A stretch of DNA of 64,000 nt, taken from a virus (Duplodnaviria; Caudoviricetes). Every line of letters starts with the position of its first letter. Within the stretch, counting starts at the first letter, position 1. The position numbers and the translations under genes are program-made. The stretch lies in the IMG/VR virus record IMGVR_UViG_3300023435_000009, one strand, 5' to 3'. Positions 26,861 to 35,966 of this stretch are shown here, piece by piece. The notes beneath the pieces are model-generated. The model made no database searches. It saw only the letters and a list, made by a program, of their open reading frames with translations, and was not told the DNA's origin.

Positions 26861-26910
26861 GCGCTAGTCGTCCTATGAGAGTACGCCAGTAGGACGATCG
26901 GAGGTTTGTA

Positions 26911-27549
26911 ATGGGGACCGACAAAGCCAACGCACTCGCCAGGCGATACCTGAAGCAAGCAGGGATGAGCCGGGTGGCCGGAGAGGTCCGGTTTATCAAG
27001 GACCGGGGCGGCGACAAGAATGAGTGGGGGTGGGGTACTCCTGGTCCTTCCGAGCGGGAGATGAACGAGGGATTCACCTTCAATCCCAAGAACTTAAAGC
27101 CTCTGTCAAAGACCTTGCGGTCCACAGTGGCATCTATGGGGCACGCTCTCTCGGCCTACGACACGTTCACCAGGCTCAAGGCATCTCAGGTGTCCCCTGA
27201 CGGTTCCCTGGGCGGCAAAGGCTATATCCAGAAGATCAATGAGATGCGTCGGCAACTCATGAACGCCATCGAAGCGTTGTCCGCTATCTCCGATACCCTG
27301 CACGACGAGATTCACGCCCCCCACTGGGATCCGGTCAAGGAAGACCAGGACAAACGGGAGCGGGAAGAGGTCAAGGACATCTTGGACGACGCTGATGAGA
27401 TCCGAAAGGATCCCGAGGGCTGGGCTGAGGGGGAGGAAGCAGAGATGGACTCCTCCAAAATCCCCGGTGGGATGGATGCGGAGCCAAAGTCGGAACCGAA
27501 GCCGAAACAGGCGTCTAGGATCAGCATGCATCAGAGGAGGGCAAAATGA
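26911..27549 (+). CDS. Hypothetical late protein with an LARRYL/KQA/RVA motif
   Basis: RBS ggagg; helical; acidic C-terminus. Confidence 0.65.
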   Translation: MGTDKANALARRYLKQAGMSRVAGEVRFIKDRGGDKNEWGWGTPGPSEREMNEGFTFNPKNLKPLSKTLRSTVASMGHALSAYDTFTRLKASQVSPDGSLGGKGYIQKINEMRRQLMNAIEALSAISDTLHDEIHAPHWDPVKEDQDKREREEVKDILDDADEIRKDPEGWAEGEEAEMDSSKIPGGMDAEPKSEPKPKQASRISMHQRRAK

Positions 27550-29465
27550 GCCCCAAGAACAGTGACTGGATGGATACGCTGGCGGAGTCCTCTTTGCCGG
27601 ATGATGAGTTGACCTTTTCCACAGGTAACAACTACGGGTTGGATGGGTTCCAGTTTGATACCCCCTACGAGACGGGCGGTGACGACGCCCATCTGCCTGA
27701 GACCAAAGGTATTTCGGGATTGCCCGATGGTGCCATCATCATTGGGGACGAGATCGTGGATCTGGACATCCAGGAGTTGACGGAGACCGAGGATGGGGCC
27801 TTCCTGGACACCGACATCTCGGGGGACAAGCAAGCCTCTCTGGTGGACCTGGAGTGGCTCGACCCGACACAGGAGCAGGATCCTGATCGTCTTCCCGATG
27901 GTGCCGCTACCCTGGACTCGAAGTCCCAGCTTGAGGAAGCGTGGGGTACGGACCGGAGGACGGACGGGGTCCATCTGACCCCCAACAAGGATCTGGATGC
28001 GACTCGGTACGAGAAGTCCCTTGAGGAGGGCACCCACTCAGAGCTACCCCCCGAGAAGAAGGCCCAGGTGAAGGAACTGGCGCTCTCCGCTGTCCGTCAG
28101 GCGCACTTCGGACACGCCCTGAAGAAGATCCAGTTGACGTTGTCCCCATTCTCCCAGCAGACCCGAGGTGTTCTGGCGAAGATCCAGGAGGAGCACGGTT
28201 TGATGGGGAAGGTCTATGTGCAAGCCTCCGCTTTCCCCGGCATCAAAAATGGCCAGTGGGTTAAGGAACTTCGCCGTTCGTGCCGCACTGCTCGTTACGT
28301 CATCACGGATGATGAGGCCGTGGCCACTAAGTTGGGCATGCGGATGGTTTCCGATGTGCCCTGGAGGGCAGCGCTGAGGCACTACAGTCCCACGTTCACT
28401 GCCGCAGGGCACAAAATGGCCTCTGGCGACCCCAGGGAGGCCCTCAGAAAGGCTTTCCTGGGCACCCTGGACACACCCGCCCCCACCTCCTACAAGCCCG
28501 TAGTGAAGCCCGCTGTGGCTTCACAGGGTGAGGCCACAGCGGCATTGTCCGCTTCTGTCGACGTCATTACGCCTGTGTCTCCCGAGGATCAGGCACGGGT
28601 GGCCAAGACTCGGAAGGCTTTGGTGCAGATTGCTCGTTGGGTGAAGGGGGGTCGGCTGTCTCAGTTGGACGCCCGTCGCCTGCATGCCTCTTCCACCAAG
28701 GTCCGCCCCGAGGCGCTCCTCGCTTCTGCGGCCAAGCTGATGACAGCGTCTCTCAACGTCCCCATCTACGATGGGACTGGAGCGCAGCTTCCGGCGGGGG
28801 CGCAGGCTGCCCGTCAGACAGTGTGGGCCTCTCTGGAGGGTGAGGATCAGGCACGGGTGGCTAAGACTCGGAAGGCTTTGGTGCAGATTGCTCGTTGGGT
28901 GAAGGGGGGTCGGTTGTCCCAGTTGGACGCCCGCCGTCTTCACAAGCTTTCCACCAAGGTCATCCCTGAGGTGCTTCTTGCCTCTGCTGCCAAGCTGATG
29001 ACGGCTTCCCCCAGTGTTTCTGTTTATGATGGGACTGGAGCGCAGCTTCCGGCGGGGGCACAGGCTGCCCGTCAGACAGTGTGGGCCTCCCCGGAGGATC
29101 CGGGTGCAGCCGTTCAGGTCACAATGGACACACGGGCCAAGGTTGCTCTGAGGAAGGCGGTGGCCAAGGGCCTCCTGACATCCAAGGAGGCGGTACGGAT
29201 CGCTAAGAAGGCGGGTGACTCTGCCGAGGTGCCCACACTCATCGCAGCGGTCATTAGTGCGAAGAACCGGGGTGATGACCGGGATGTTGTGACAGCAAAG
29301 GTTCTCAAGCAGGCCGATGATCCCTCTGAGGAGGCTCTGACGGGCCTGTTCGATCCAGAGGAGTATGACCTGAACAATGAGGACGCAATGGACTTTGGAC
29401 TGGACGAGACGATCTCTGCGGAACACCTGGGTGAGGTTCTCTTCGGTTCCGGTCCTGAACTGTGA
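27546..29465 (+). CDS. Large hypothetical protein with an 86-aa internal tandem duplication
   Basis: 639-aa ORF with acidic N- and C-termini; direct repeat 28584-29089. Confidence 0.65.
   Translation: MSPKNSDWMDTLAESSLPDDELTFSTGNNYGLDGFQFDTPYETGGDDAHLPETKGISGLPDGAIIIGDEIVDLDIQELTETEDGAFLDTDISGDKQASLVDLEWLDPTQEQDPDRLPDGAATLDSKSQLEEAWGTDRRTDGVHLTPNKDLDATRYEKSLEEGTHSELPPEKKAQVKELALSAVRQAHFGHALKKIQLTLSPFSQQTRGVLAKIQEEHGLMGKVYVQASAFPGIKNGQWVKELRRSCRTARYVITDDEAVATKLGMRMVSDVPWRAALRHYSPTFTAAGHKMASGDPREALRKAFLGTLDTPAPTSYKPVVKPAVASQGEATAALSASVDVITPVSPEDQARVAKTRKALVQIARWVKGGRLSQLDARRLHASSTKVRPEALLASAAKLMTASLNVPIYDGTGAQLPAGAQAARQTVWASLEGEDQARVAKTRKALVQIARWVKGGRLSQLDARRLHKLSTKVIPEVLLASAAKLMTASPSVSVYDGTGAQLPAGAQAARQTVWASPEDPGAAVQVTMDTRAKVALRKAVAKGLLTSKEAVRIAKKAGDSAEVPTLIAAVISAKNRGDDRDVVTAKVLKQADDPSEEALTGLFDPEEYDLNNEDAMDFGLDETISAEHLGEVLFGSGPEL
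28584..29089 (+). repeat. 258-bp-period in-frame direct repeat, 2 copies
   Basis: gaggatcaggcacgggtgg at 28584 and 28842; gtgtgggcctc at 28821 and 29079. Confidence 0.9.
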
Positions 29466-29473
29466 GGTGACCG

Positions 29474-30001
29474 ATGACAATCCGTAAAGTTACCTCACCG
29501 GGTAACTTCAGAATGCTGCTGGGCACCCGAGCCGAGTGTTTCGATCCGGCCTGGGATGGTTATACCATCCCGACCCCGAGGACTACGGTGGATCAGGGTG
29601 TGGTGGTCAAGGGCGGCACCAACAGGAACGCTCGAATCACAGGCACTGCACCCCCAGTGGGGCAGACGGCTGTTTTTACCGTGGCCGATAATGATTTCAC
29701 CACGGGGAGGGCTGAGGTTCACATCGGGAACGTGCGCCTTCTCAGCGTGCTCGACTTTGTCATAGGGGCCGGTGTCAATAACACCGCCACCAACATTGCT
29801 GTGGCGATCAGCACCTTGGAGGACTTCGCCGCTGTTGCTGTAGGGGCTGTTGTGACCGTGACATATTTGCCTCCGCTGGATGAGGTGACTTTCCGGGTGG
29901 CTCACTACGGGACCGTCACCAATTTCACGCCGCTGGTTCCCGCCACCGGCTTTATGACGAGTACAGGTGACCCCGTCATTGGTCCTCCTTTGTTCACATA
30001 A
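29474..30001 (+). CDS. Putative virion structural protein
   Basis: T/V/G/A-rich, RBS gaggtg, in the late operon. Confidence 0.5.
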   Translation: MTIRKVTSPGNFRMLLGTRAECFDPAWDGYTIPTPRTTVDQGVVVKGGTNRNARITGTAPPVGQTAVFTVADNDFTTGRAEVHIGNVRLLSVLDFVIGAGVNNTATNIAVAISTLEDFAAVAVGAVVTVTYLPPLDEVTFRVAHYGTVTNFTPLVPATGFMTSTGDPVIGPPLFT

Positions 30002-30011
30002 GAGGCAGCCC

Positions 30012-30689
30012 ATGGCACGTCGTAGTAAAGAGAAAGAAGAGCAGGAAAGACTGCTCGCCTTGGTTCCTGACACAGCTAAGTACGTTCAGGTACTCTCAGA
30101 AAAGGGTGAGCAGAAGTACCGGCTCATCCAGGATTTGGCGACTACCGACGTCATTCAAACGGGCAGGGATGGAAAACCCATCGTAATGAAGGGCAAACCG
30201 GGCCGTCCCAAGAGTGTCATCTTGGCTCCTATTAATTCCGTTGTTGCTGAAATGGTGAAGCGGAAGCAAGAGGCCATCGTTAAGGACAAGGTGCTTTTGG
30301 CTGTCCAGGCAAGTCCCGAGGACACCGCCGTTCTCCATCAGGTGCTGTTGGCCCTGGGTGAGGAAGCGGCCAGCCTGGGGTTCGACCGGACAGAGGCCGA
30401 GCGTGGGGGTAAGGAGACGTCCAACATCTCAGTCAGACGGGTCAACACCCTGAAGGCTATCGTGGACACCTGGCTCAAGCGCAAGGATCAAATCGTGAGC
30501 CGGGGTGTGGATCTGCAAGCCCCAGCTTTCAAGACACTGCTCAAGTTCCTGCTCGAAACTTTCAGGGAGGCCATGGCGGACTCTGGCGAACGTCCCGAGA
30601 TGGTTGAGACTGTTTTTGCTAGGTTGGCTGAGGCCATGGACGATGGCTGGGAAGTAGAGGCCAAGAGCAGGATGAAAAATGACATCTAG
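30012..30689 (+). CDS. Putative terminase small subunit
   Basis: Helical protein immediately upstream of the large terminase; function inferred from position only. Confidence 0.4.
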   Translation: MARRSKEKEEQERLLALVPDTAKYVQVLSEKGEQKYRLIQDLATTDVIQTGRDGKPIVMKGKPGRPKSVILAPINSVVAEMVKRKQEAIVKDKVLLAVQASPEDTAVLHQVLLALGEEAASLGFDRTEAERGGKETSNISVRRVNTLKAIVDTWLKRKDQIVSRGVDLQAPAFKTLLKFLLETFREAMADSGERPEMVETVFARLAEAMDDGWEVEAKSRMKNDI

Positions 30690-30697
30690 GGGGCTTT

Positions 30698-33600
30698 ATG
30701 GGCTTGTCAAATCTTGTTCGAGATGTAGGTCGAATCCGACAGGGTCCTAGCGAAGTAGCCGACATCATTGCTTTCATTGAGTCCCCCTGGGGACTCAACC
30801 CGGAAAGGTCCTTGTACCTCTTCCCTGTCCAACGGGTGATTTTGAAGGCCCATTATGGGTTGGAACTGGATGACAAGGAAACCTTCCAGATAACGGATTG
30901 GCGGAAGGAGAACGCTCGGAACTTCACCGAGGCGGGATACCTCCGATACCTCTACGATGAGGGCCGCTCCAACATCAAAGAGGTCGACCACGAGCGACGG
31001 GAGATGGTCTTAGCAGTCGGTAGACGCTCAGGCAAGTGTATTCTGGGGGACAGTCTGGTTCTAACAAGTCAGGGCGTTCATAGAATTGATGAGCTGGGCG
31101 ATCCTGAAGGGCCAGAAGTGCAGCCCCTTCAAATTGGGGTTGCCCAAGAAGGTACCGTGCAGTCCCGTTCCGCCTATTTCTACAACGGGGGTGTGAGGAG
31201 CACACGCAAACTGACCACACATTGTGGTTATCAGCTTGGCGGTACGGACAACCATCGGATCAAGGTACTTTCCGAACAGGGCAATATAGAATGGCGCTAC
31301 CTGGCGGATCTCCGAGTGGGGGACGTGGTATGTGTCCATAGAGACACGGACCTATGGGCCACAGAGTATGTAGATTGCAGTCCCTTCCACAACACGGCGG
31401 GACTGAAAAGGTTGGCTTTTCCTCAGACGCTCACTGAGGATTGGGGTCGTTTACTGGGTTATCTGGTAGGGGACGGTCTGTGGAACTACCGAGACAGAAC
31501 GGAAGTCACTGTTGAACATCCTGAAACGTGGGAGACCCTTAAGGATCTTTTCACACAGCTTCTGGGTGGCTACTACATATACAAGGACAAACGCACCCAA
31601 AATACCGGAGCCGTCAAATTCTCCAGTGTGGGGATGCGAAAGTTTCTTCATGATTTAGGATTTCAACTGGGTACGGATCGAGACGCTAAAATGGTACCCT
31701 GGTCGATTCTCCAGTCTCCAAAATCTGTTGTTCAGGCTTTCCTCAGGGGTCTTTTTGAGGCCGATGGTGGTGTCGAGTCTGGGGGCAAAACAGTGTCCTT
31801 CAGTACTGCGAGCAAACGTCTAGCACATGAGGTGCAGACGTTGTTACTTAACCTGGGGGTCGTGAGCAGGGTTAAGCCGAAGATCGTTAAGGGGCGAACT
31901 TATTGGTTGCTGGTCGTTAGGGGTCTTCACAGTAGAAAGGTGTTTGCTGAGAAGGTCGGTTTCGATTCCCACAAAAAGATGGATCCCCTCTTGGCGTCCC
32001 TGGAAAAGGTGAGCAAGGAGGGGGGCAACACGGAGAGTGTCCCTCACCAGCGGCAATGGCTTAACAGGTTGCTCAAGTCCGTCCCCAGGGCTTACGGTAA
32101 TGAGCACACACCTGGTCGTTGTTGGCGGAGGTCAAGACTCCGGGAGGTACTTGGGAATACTATCAAGCCGAGTTCACAGGAGAACGTGACTTACCCTCGG
32201 TTGTTTAAGTTGTTTCCGGTGGCTGAGGACTTGAATGCTGATCCTGTAGTCCTTCAACACTTCCGGGATCTGTTTGATACCCATTATTTTTTTGACGCCG
32301 TGACAGAGATCGAAGAGGGGGAGAACCCTGTTTATGATCTCAATGTTCCTGAGGGTGAGTCCTTTGTAGCCAATGGTTTGACAAATCATAACACGTTCTT
32401 GGCGGCTGCTATTGCAGCATATGAGACCTACAAGCTCCTTCTGAAGGGTGATCCACAATCGTTTTACGGGTTGCCTGCTTCGAACAACGTCCAGATCATC
32501 TCAGTTGCAACAGACAAGGACCAGGCGGGACTCCTCTACCAGGAGGCATCAGGACATTTCCGGAATTGCGGGTTCTTCAGCCCGTACATGGCCAACAACA
32601 CCCAAAGTTACGCTCGGTTCCAGACCCCAAAGGACATCGAGCGGTTTGGTCGGTACGCAGACGATCAGACAGCCAAGGCAACCATTAAAGTGACCTTCCG
32701 GTCCTGTGTTGCGAAGGGGCTTCGTGGTGCCGGTAACTTCGTGGTGATCCTGGATGAGATGGCGCACTTCACGGATGAGGGGCAATCCTCCGCCGACGCC
32801 GTCTACACAGCGGTGACACCGTCCACGGCTACCTTCTCCCCGAAGGCTGAGAGGGTGCTTCCTGAGGGGGACTTTGACCCCCAGGGGGACGGTTCCGAGG
32901 GACGCCACTACCGGGAGGCCACCGACTCCAGTGATGGTCGCATCATCTCCATCTCGTCCCCTCTGGGTCGTCAGGGGATGTTCTACAAGAACTTCCAGCT
33001 TGGGATGAGTGGGGGGAAGGCTGCTGAGAACTATCTGTGCATTCAGGCTCCCACGTGGGAGGTCAACCCCACGGTACCCTCGACGGAGTTGGAAAAGCAC
33101 TACGTCAAGGATCCTGTTGTGTTCTTCACGGAGTTCGGTGCAGAGTTTTCTGACCGGACGAAGGGGTTCATCGAGGACGAGAAGGACTTTATGGCTTGTG
33201 TGCCCCCTACGGCCAAGCCCGCCTCAATGGGGCTTTCACGCCGTCCTCATTATGTTGGACTGGATATCGCTCTGGTGGGTGATGCCTCGGCCATTGCTAT
33301 TGGGCACCTGGACGATGACGACCGGATTGTGCTGGATGTAGTGGACCAGATCAAGGCGGGAGATGGGAAGTACGAGCATCATGAACGGTTGGAGTTCGAT
33401 GACGTTGCTGATTGGGTGGCGGAGTATGCCCGAAAGTTCTTTTTTTCCGAAGGTATGTTTGATCACTGGGCTGGGATCCCCTTTGAGCAGGCCCTCCACA
33501 AGCGGGGGCTTCAGCAGTGCAATGCAGAGCACATGACCCGTAATTTGAACTCTGACATCTTCAAGAATTTCAAGGATATGATGTGGGACAAACGGTTGGT

Positions 33601-33967
33601 ACTCTACGATTGGCCTCTCTCGGAGGACAAGAGCAAGGAGCACTGTCCGTACATCACGGAGATGCTTGAGCTTCAGGCGGAGTACCACTCGAAGTATGTG
33701 ATCGAGGTCCACGCCCCCAAGATCGCTGGCAAGCACGACGATATGTCTGATGCCATCGTGCGGATGGTGTGGCTGGCTTCCAAGCACCTTGCCAATCCTC
33801 GTTACATCTCACGAGGTGGGGGGAAGCACAGGACTAGGACACAGCAGCAGAAGGCCAACAATGCAGGAGACGCTCGACGTGCCCTTATCCGGTCACGGCG
33901 AATGGGCAGCAGTCCTGATCGGCAGTTGTCCCGGTCACGTCCCGGTTGTATCCGAGGGAGACGTTGA
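30698..33967 (+). CDS. terL: Terminase large subunit with an intein
   Basis: LAVGRRSGK|T Walker A, VILDEMAHF Walker B, IISISSP coupling motif, nuclease YVGLDIA...GKHDDMSDA. Confidence 0.9.
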   Translation: MGLSNLVRDVGRIRQGPSEVADIIAFIESPWGLNPERSLYLFPVQRVILKAHYGLELDDKETFQITDWRKENARNFTEAGYLRYLYDEGRSNIKEVDHERREMVLAVGRRSGKCILGDSLVLTSQGVHRIDELGDPEGPEVQPLQIGVAQEGTVQSRSAYFYNGGVRSTRKLTTHCGYQLGGTDNHRIKVLSEQGNIEWRYLADLRVGDVVCVHRDTDLWATEYVDCSPFHNTAGLKRLAFPQTLTEDWGRLLGYLVGDGLWNYRDRTEVTVEHPETWETLKDLFTQLLGGYYIYKDKRTQNTGAVKFSSVGMRKFLHDLGFQLGTDRDAKMVPWSILQSPKSVVQAFLRGLFEADGGVESGGKTVSFSTASKRLAHEVQTLLLNLGVVSRVKPKIVKGRTYWLLVVRGLHSRKVFAEKVGFDSHKKMDPLLASLEKVSKEGGNTESVPHQRQWLNRLLKSVPRAYGNEHTPGRCWRRSRLREVLGNTIKPSSQENVTYPRLFKLFPVAEDLNADPVVLQHFRDLFDTHYFFDAVTEIEEGENPVYDLNVPEGESFVANGLTNHNTFLAAAIAAYETYKLLLKGDPQSFYGLPASNNVQIISVATDKDQAGLLYQEASGHFRNCGFFSPYMANNTQSYARFQTPKDIERFGRYADDQTAKATIKVTFRSCVAKGLRGAGNFVVILDEMAHFTDEGQSSADAVYTAVTPSTATFSPKAERVLPEGDFDPQGDGSEGRHYREATDSSDGRIISISSPLGRQGMFYKNFQLGMSGGKAAENYLCIQAPTWEVNPTVPSTELEKHYVKDPVVFFTEFGAEFSDRTKGFIEDEKDFMACVPPTAKPASMGLSRRPHYVGLDIALVGDASAIAIGHLDDDDRIVLDVVDQIKAGDGKYEHHERLEFDDVADWVAEYARKFFFSEGMFDHWAGIPFEQALHKRGLQQCNAEHMTRNLNSDIFKNFKDMMWDKRLVLYDWPLSEDKSKEHCPYITEMLELQAEYHSKYVIEVHAPKIAGKHDDMSDAIVRMVWLASKHLANPRYISRGGGKHRTRTQQQKANNAGDARRALIRSRRMGSSPDRQLSRSRPGCIRGRR
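31037..32392 (+). mobile_element. Intein with LAGLIDADG endonuclease (452 aa) in the terminase Walker A
   Basis: CILGDSLVLT, GGTDNHRI, LLGYLVGDG, FLRGLFEADG, VYDLNV...LTNHN, +1 Thr. Confidence 0.93.
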
Positions 33968-35406
33968 CTTTTTATACAAAGACACCCACACTAAAAGATG
34001 GGGGGTTTTACAAACGTCTTGAAGGTCACCCGAATACTTTTTTCTAAAGACCTCAATGCAGGCAAGTTTGCCGTCTTAGAGGAACAAGCACGTCGATTAG
34101 GACAACTTCGTTCAGAAATATGGCAACGATTCGGATCCATAAATGGCGTTGGGAAATCGGATAGAGAAATCCGAGACGAATGGTTGCAACAGAAAAGAGA
34201 GTTTGATGTTCCAGCCAACGCCTGGAAAGAAACCCTGAGAGACGCTATCTCAGATGTCAGGGCATCCCGAGAAGCTGCAAAGGTCAAAGTACGAAAGACA
34301 ATACATTGTCACACAAAGGACACTGCCGAAAGAAAACATCGGTACACGCTTCTTAAGTCAGATAACTGGACAACTGACCCTTACCTGACTCGTGTCATGC
34401 GAAAGCATTGGAAGCGTGGACACAATCACACACATAATCAAATTATCGTTCGTGCCGACAAGTACAGGATCTTTGAGCTTGATAGTCGGGTTTGGCTCAA
34501 GATACCAGGGCTAACACCACGAAAAATGGTTACAATACCTTTGGACACAACCGTACACCCAACAGGTACTCTCCGACTGATCCTTCGGGACGATAGGGTC
34601 GAGATTCACTACCAAATTGAAGTCAAAAAGGAGAATCGTCACGGAGATACCGTACTAGGTGTGGACAAGGGGTACACAGAAGTCTTTGTAGACTCTGACG
34701 GAGAACACCATGGGAAAGAACTTGGGAAACTGTTATCCTCGGAGTCCGATTACTTAAAAACCAAGCATCAACGACGGAACAAGATCAAAGCAATTACTGA
34801 AAGGAAGCCACACAAAAGAGCGAACATCGAACGAAACAATCTTGGTCGAAAGAAATTGGATCGACGAGATCGGGTTGTGAAAGCCCATGTTCGGGACAAG
34901 GTTTTCAAGGCTGCTCATGCTGTCGTTGACAAGGCAGAGGTAGTTGTTGCTGAGGATCTGACTTTCCCCATTTCTTCGAGGAAATCTTACGGAAGGAATA
35001 TGAACAGGAGACTTTCTGCTTGGACCAAGGGTGTCATTGCGGAGAGTCTTGATTCCGTATCTCAGCGTAGAGGTTCTACGCTTGCACTCGTTAATTGTGC
35101 ATATACATCGCAAGTGGATTCTCGTTATGGTGTTCTTCGTGGACGTCGTAGAGGGGACTCATTTTACTGTTTTGATGGGGTTGTTTTGCACTCTGATGAG
35201 AATGCTGCACGAAACGTTTTGGCAAGACATTACGACTTTGAGATAGGTCGTTGGACTTCATACCGGGAGGTTCGGAGTATTTTGCTTGAACGGACTGAAT
35301 GCCATCGGTTGGGACTGCTCAACCAGGACACCAGTTGCAGACCTGAGGGTCTATCAACGGTGAGCGAATTACCTTTTGGACACATGTCCTACTTAAAAAG
35401 GAACAG
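33961..35406 (+). mobile_element. tnpB-only IS200/IS605- or IS607-type element
   Basis: AT-richer block flanked by AGACG direct repeats (33959-33963, 35405-35409); removal restores terL ...RGRR-TAA overlapping the next ATG. Confidence 0.7.
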
Positions 35407-35413
35407 ACGCTAA
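33998..35413 (+). CDS. tnpB: TnpB RNA-guided nuclease
   Basis: RuvC-I VLGVDKGY, RuvC-II VVVAEDL, VNCAYTSQ, RuvC-III HSDENAARNV; Zn-finger cysteines mostly lost. Confidence 0.85.
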   Translation: MGGFTNVLKVTRILFSKDLNAGKFAVLEEQARRLGQLRSEIWQRFGSINGVGKSDREIRDEWLQQKREFDVPANAWKETLRDAISDVRASREAAKVKVRKTIHCHTKDTAERKHRYTLLKSDNWTTDPYLTRVMRKHWKRGHNHTHNQIIVRADKYRIFELDSRVWLKIPGLTPRKMVTIPLDTTVHPTGTLRLILRDDRVEIHYQIEVKKENRHGDTVLGVDKGYTEVFVDSDGEHHGKELGKLLSSESDYLKTKHQRRNKIKAITERKPHKRANIERNNLGRKKLDRRDRVVKAHVRDKVFKAAHAVVDKAEVVVAEDLTFPISSRKSYGRNMNRRLSAWTKGVIAESLDSVSQRRGSTLALVNCAYTSQVDSRYGVLRGRRRGDSFYCFDGVVLHSDENAARNVLARHYDFEIGRWTSYREVRSILLERTECHRLGLLNQDTSCRPEGLSTVSELPFGHMSYLKRNRR

Positions 35414-35426
35414 TGGGAATTCTGAG
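35270..35426 (+). ncRNA. Putative TnpB reRNA/omegaRNA overlapping the tnpB 3' end, with a flank-derived guide at about 35407-35426
   Basis: Canonical position; the tnpB C-terminus after the RuvC-III motif looks non-conserved; 5' boundary is a guess. Confidence 0.4.
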
Positions 35427-35670
35427 TCCTCTCAGTCCTGTCCGGGCGGACCACCGCTACATCCAAACCCTGATGCAGTCCATTTTGGGTGGTAAGGTAG
35501 AGCAGGTGCCAGAGGAGTGCAGCATGGTGTCAAGGGTCTTCCTGAAGGCAGGGGGGTCGTGGCAGCGTTTGTTCCAGGGTTCACCAGAGGACACGATCCT
35601 GCTCAAGCGTATTCTCAGGCACGCTTTCAAAACGAAGAGGCTGACCCCGAAGAGGAACTGGAAAGCATGA
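35413..35670 (+). CDS. Small hypothetical protein
   Basis: TAATG coupling; ATGA overlap with the next gene. Confidence 0.6.
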   Translation: MGILSPLSPVRADHRYIQTLMQSILGGKVEQVPEECSMVSRVFLKAGGSWQRLFQGSPEDTILLKRILRHAFKTKRLTPKRNWKA

Positions 35671-35966
35671 GGGATGGTAGGCAACAGAGAGCGGCTGACG
35701 CTTTTAACGCCCATGTGAGCAACGCCTCCAGATCTTTGTCCCAAGCTTCCCGTTGTGTTACGGAATTCCTCGGGGGGCGGGACATCCTCCGACGTTTGTC
35801 GAGGATGCAGGCGGAACTTGCGGGATTGCATGCCCCCAATGCTCGGACCACTGACGACCACGATCTCCTCCCGGAGGAGACACAGGCGGAACGCTCCCGT
35901 GCCCGTAGACAGAAGCGGGCGGAGGAGCGGAAACACAAGGTAGAGGCAAATGGCCAAACGCACTAA
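35667..35966 (+). CDS. Small helical hypothetical protein
   Basis: Coupled overlaps; likely start 35667 rather than 35517. Confidence 0.5.
   Translation: MRDGRQQRAADAFNAHVSNASRSLSQASRCVTEFLGGRDILRRLSRMQAELAGLHAPNARTTDDHDLLPEETQAERSRARRQKRAEERKHKVEANGQTH

Noticed and set aside
21243-26880. CCTATGAG/CCTATAGG as a late promoter (21243, 25289, 26872)
   Set aside because: Short, only three loose copies, partly overlapping RBS sequence, and no consistent second element; not distinguishable from chance by eye.
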